A DNA stretch of 55,391 nt, filler included, from Platydemus manokwari (taxonomy: Eukaryota), in NCBI GenBank assembly GCA_037951405.1. It is 5 parts of 5 records of this genome, joined end to end, with 100 filler letters (N's around TTAATTAATTAA, not from the genome) between each part and the next. Parts side by side here need not be neighbours in the genome. Positions count along the whole stretch, not along the records: positions 41,277 to 55,391 come from JBBMOY011525856.1; 4 more parts are not named here. The stretch is one strand, 5' to 3'. Shown in pieces: positions 52,291 to 55,391 of the stretch (position 1 is its first letter; every line of letters starts with the position of its first letter). The translations under genes and the position numbers were made by a program. The notes under the pieces were generated by a model that was not told the DNA's origin, did no database searches, and saw only the letters and a list, made by a program, of their open reading frames with translations.

Positions 52291-54211
52291 GATTTTTGCT
52301 TAGGCTGTTTTTTTTTCTGATGGTTTTTCCTCTTTTTGGACTATGGGTTTCCCTTTACCATCATTTGTTCTAACATTGATTGTATTAATTTAGTCCATCC
52401 ATTATTTTGATTAATCTCATTTTCATATTCGTTTGCTATTAATTCCGCTCCCTCATCTTTATCGATTATTTGATTATCTATTAAATTTATTGTTGTTTGT
52501 AAAGTTGTTAGCATCTTTGCAGGTGCTTTTTCTTCATTTATTATATTAATAACTTCTTTGTTTGTTTCTTTATCTGATATTTAATTGCTTGTTAAAGTTA
52601 TTTTTTCTTGGTATGGATAAAAAACTTTCTTGATTTCGAAGCAATTTCCTTAATCTTTTCTTTGATTTTGACTCCCATGACAAGGATCATGGCATTGTCC
52701 TTGTAAACATCCCATACAATTTCTTAACCCATCTTGCTGTTTCCTTATTTGCTTATTCACTTTATAGATTTTTGGTGATTCTATCAATTTCATGAACTCT
52801 TTTCCTCATGATTCCAATTCCTCTGTATTTTTAACTTCTTACCTCTTCTTTTTCTTCTTTGATGTTTCTCTTTCGTCATCATTGCTTTTATCATCTACAC
52901 TTCCTACCTCATCTAATATTTCATCCAGGTCTATTGATTTTTCTTTCTTCTCTTTCTACATTTTACCATTTCTATTTCTTCTGATTTATCGATTTTATCA
53001 TTATTTATTTCTTCTTTATTATTTTCCTCACACCTTATCGTGTTTATTTCATTTTATTCCCAACATACATCTAGGTTTGCATGTTCCCAAAGCATTGTTC
53101 TAAGTATTACTGGGGTTTTATTTAGTTGAACTTACTATCTAGTTGACTGTACTGTCCCAACGTATGCGAGCTCTATTTTTACTACACCTGATTCCAGAAG
53201 GTGTGTTTTATAACAAGAACAATTAATAATAAAATGTATTTAACGCAAATAGATTCTACAATATAAATAATTTTATTATTAAAAGTTAAATGATATTGAG
53301 AATACAATTTAGGCGATTATTAAACAAATAACCAGGCACGTTCGGAGGGGTTTTCGATTTTAATTAATTAAAGAAATTTATAGACTCTACCGATAGAGCT
53401 GTTAGTTAAATTTTCTGGTATTTTATGTGTATTCCTGTAAGAGCCCTAAATGTAGTTATTGGAGGTTAGGCGTACTTAGCACCGTAACCCCGTCGACTGA
53501 ATTTGTTGTGATTTTTTTAAGTTAATAAGTTGAACTGGGTTCAATCTAGAATCTTTATGTACAGGATTTGCGTTGAGTTATATAATCAAAATTATATAAA
53601 TATATTAATGAATAGTGATTAGCTACTGTTGTAATTAATAATTATTTATGAAAGATATGATAATTAATGTGAAAAGTATTGATTATTATAAAGTTATTTA
53701 TCTAATTATGATAATGAAACGTTATTATTCAATGCTTAATTGTTTAAATAGTCTTACGCAATTTACCAAAATCCTGTTAGTGAAATAATAATGAATGACT
53801 CTTGACGATTGAGTACAACAGCTGTGTTAATCGTACGAGATTGTATATGGTTGGCATAGGAAAATTGAGGTGATTTCTGATCTAGATAGTTTATTTGTTT
53901 CCTATCTGCTTGTTGGTTAACGATAATTTTATCTTCGAAAATTCTTTTTTAAGAGACTGCAAAATAGATCTTTTGCCTTGGTACACTTAAGATGCTTTTT
54001 CAATAATACTGTATGAGAGAGTTTCATTTTCTTTTTTCGTTGTTTTTTTTAACTTCCGTCTCTTGTTCTTTTATACTGTGGCGTCTATTTATACCTTTAA
54101 TTTAAAGTCAATGAATAAATCTATAATAATATTTCTACCAATGATAAAACATTAGCTCACAATTAATGGTTAACATCAATTACAACGAAAGTTAAAAATC
54201 CAAGAAAGTTT

Positions 54212-54292
54212 AAATATCAATTCATGTCAATATCCAAGTTGATAAAATATCAATTCATGTCAATATCCAAGTTGATAAAATATCAATTCATG
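54212..54292. repeat. Perfect 33-bp tandem repeat, ~2.5 copies
   Basis: Unit AAATATCAATTCATGTCAATATCCAAGTTGATA at 54212, 54245 and partially at 54278. Confidence 0.95.
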
Positions 54293-55391
54293 ATTTGATT
54301 GTTAAATTTTTACATTGGTCATCATTATTGAGGTTGACTTATTAAATTCTGGTTCTGACCACCATCATCTGGATTGTTTGCACCTTTATAATCAAGGTTT
54401 TGTTGCATGGTATATTTGTCTGATTAGTTGTTTCTTTTATTGGATTATTTTTGATTATGTTTTATTTTTTACCAATGAATTTCAGTTTCTAATTTTTGAT
54501 TTTTTTATTGGGTTAGAAGTTACAATTTACACCAATTGTAAACCTTAGCCTCCAATTCATCTTTTTGACTCTCAATAGTTTTTGTCTATTTGACGTGTTG
54601 TATGGTTCTGTAATCTCTTGGCCTTGTGAATAAATCATATCTCTCATAATTTAGTATATGTATAGCTACTTTAGTTAATCCTACTGCGAATTCTACTTGT
54701 GCATGTTCGACGTGTACAAATTTTATTCGTTGTTGTTCTTCTCTTTAAATTAATATTTTTCAGCCAACATACCCCTTGTATTCTATATACCTTCAACCAT
54801 TTTCCAAGCGGTTTACATTATCTCTTGCAATGCCGAAGGGTAGGTTGTATTGTTTAATAAAATCTCATAAGTAATAAATAACAATAACTTAGACTGCATA
54901 AAGATACTTTGATGATATCATAAATAATAGTATTTGTTAGTTGCTAAAACTTCTACTTAGATCAATGTTGTCTTATTAGCCTCACGTGGTTCTCACCAAA
55001 CCCAGTTACAATTCTAAACATTATAGTTTTCTTATTTCAACTCGCAATCTCCACTATATGAAGATAATATAAATTGTCAGTATTATATATTATGTATGTA
55101 CTATGTATTATCTTTAAATTCTCAATCGATGAATCAACTCGTTACTGCACTATATATTTATTGATACAACACAATTAATACCAAAAAAGAATTATTTTAC
55201 AATACGATATACACCGAATAAAAATTTACACCAAAACTTTGTCCTAACAAATTCTGGGTGAAGTGATGATTAGTATCTCCAAATATAGTTTTCTCACAGA
55301 CTAGTTTTAATCGTCACAAAAAAGTTTAAAGTTGTTATATTTTTATTTATTCCCATTAAATTCTTATTTTTAAGTCTATTGTCTATCCTTC

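Larger units (their letters stand above)
47200..54900 (-). mobile_element. Decayed LTR-type retroelement / endogenous viral element carrying an envelope-like gene
   Basis: Run of stop- and frameshift-disrupted minus-strand ORFs at 53100-49383 and a polypurine tract at 48886-48905. Related motif blocks flank it on both sides (AATAATCAGG..TTCGG..GGGTTTTC at ~47471-47508 and AATAACCAGG..TTCGG.GGGGTTTTC at ~53327-53355). Boundaries approximate. Confidence 0.55.

Noticed and set aside
54212-54292. 33-bp repeats as a possible CRISPR array
   Set aside because: Head-to-tail copies without spacers, eukaryotic context, no cas genes.

Overview
Very AT-rich eukaryotic (metazoan-type) DNA. It is not one contiguous locus: five fragments (1-9688, 9789-21436, 21537-31204, 31305-41176, 41277-55391) are joined by artificial 100-bp linkers (44 N + TTAATTAATTAA + 44 N). 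Genes are spliced, with many 41-55 nt GT-AG introns; this would fit a planarian/flatworm-like genome, but that is inference only. Hand-spliced genes: two convergent Bora (aurora borealis)-like paralogs, a 5'-partial sideroflexin, a complete 10-exon CCR4/CNOT6 deadenylase, a RanBP3-like gene, Rae1 head-to-head with a 5'-partial mitochondrial ClpX, a 5'-partial prohibitin-2, an ankyrin-containing Rmt2-type arginine methyltransferase and a ZDHHC24-like palmitoyltransferase. Most interesting: (1) a 1.13-kb Cys-rich ORF inside CCR4 intron 3 that ends at a phase-compatible splice donor, predicting an LRR-less CCR4 isoform with a novel N-terminus; (2) a decayed LTR-type element in the last fragment carrying a chuvirus-like envelope glycoprotein pseudogene but no recognisable pol; (3) the diverged Bora duplicate pair with different candidate degrons. 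All family assignments come from motif recognition by eye; no searches were run.
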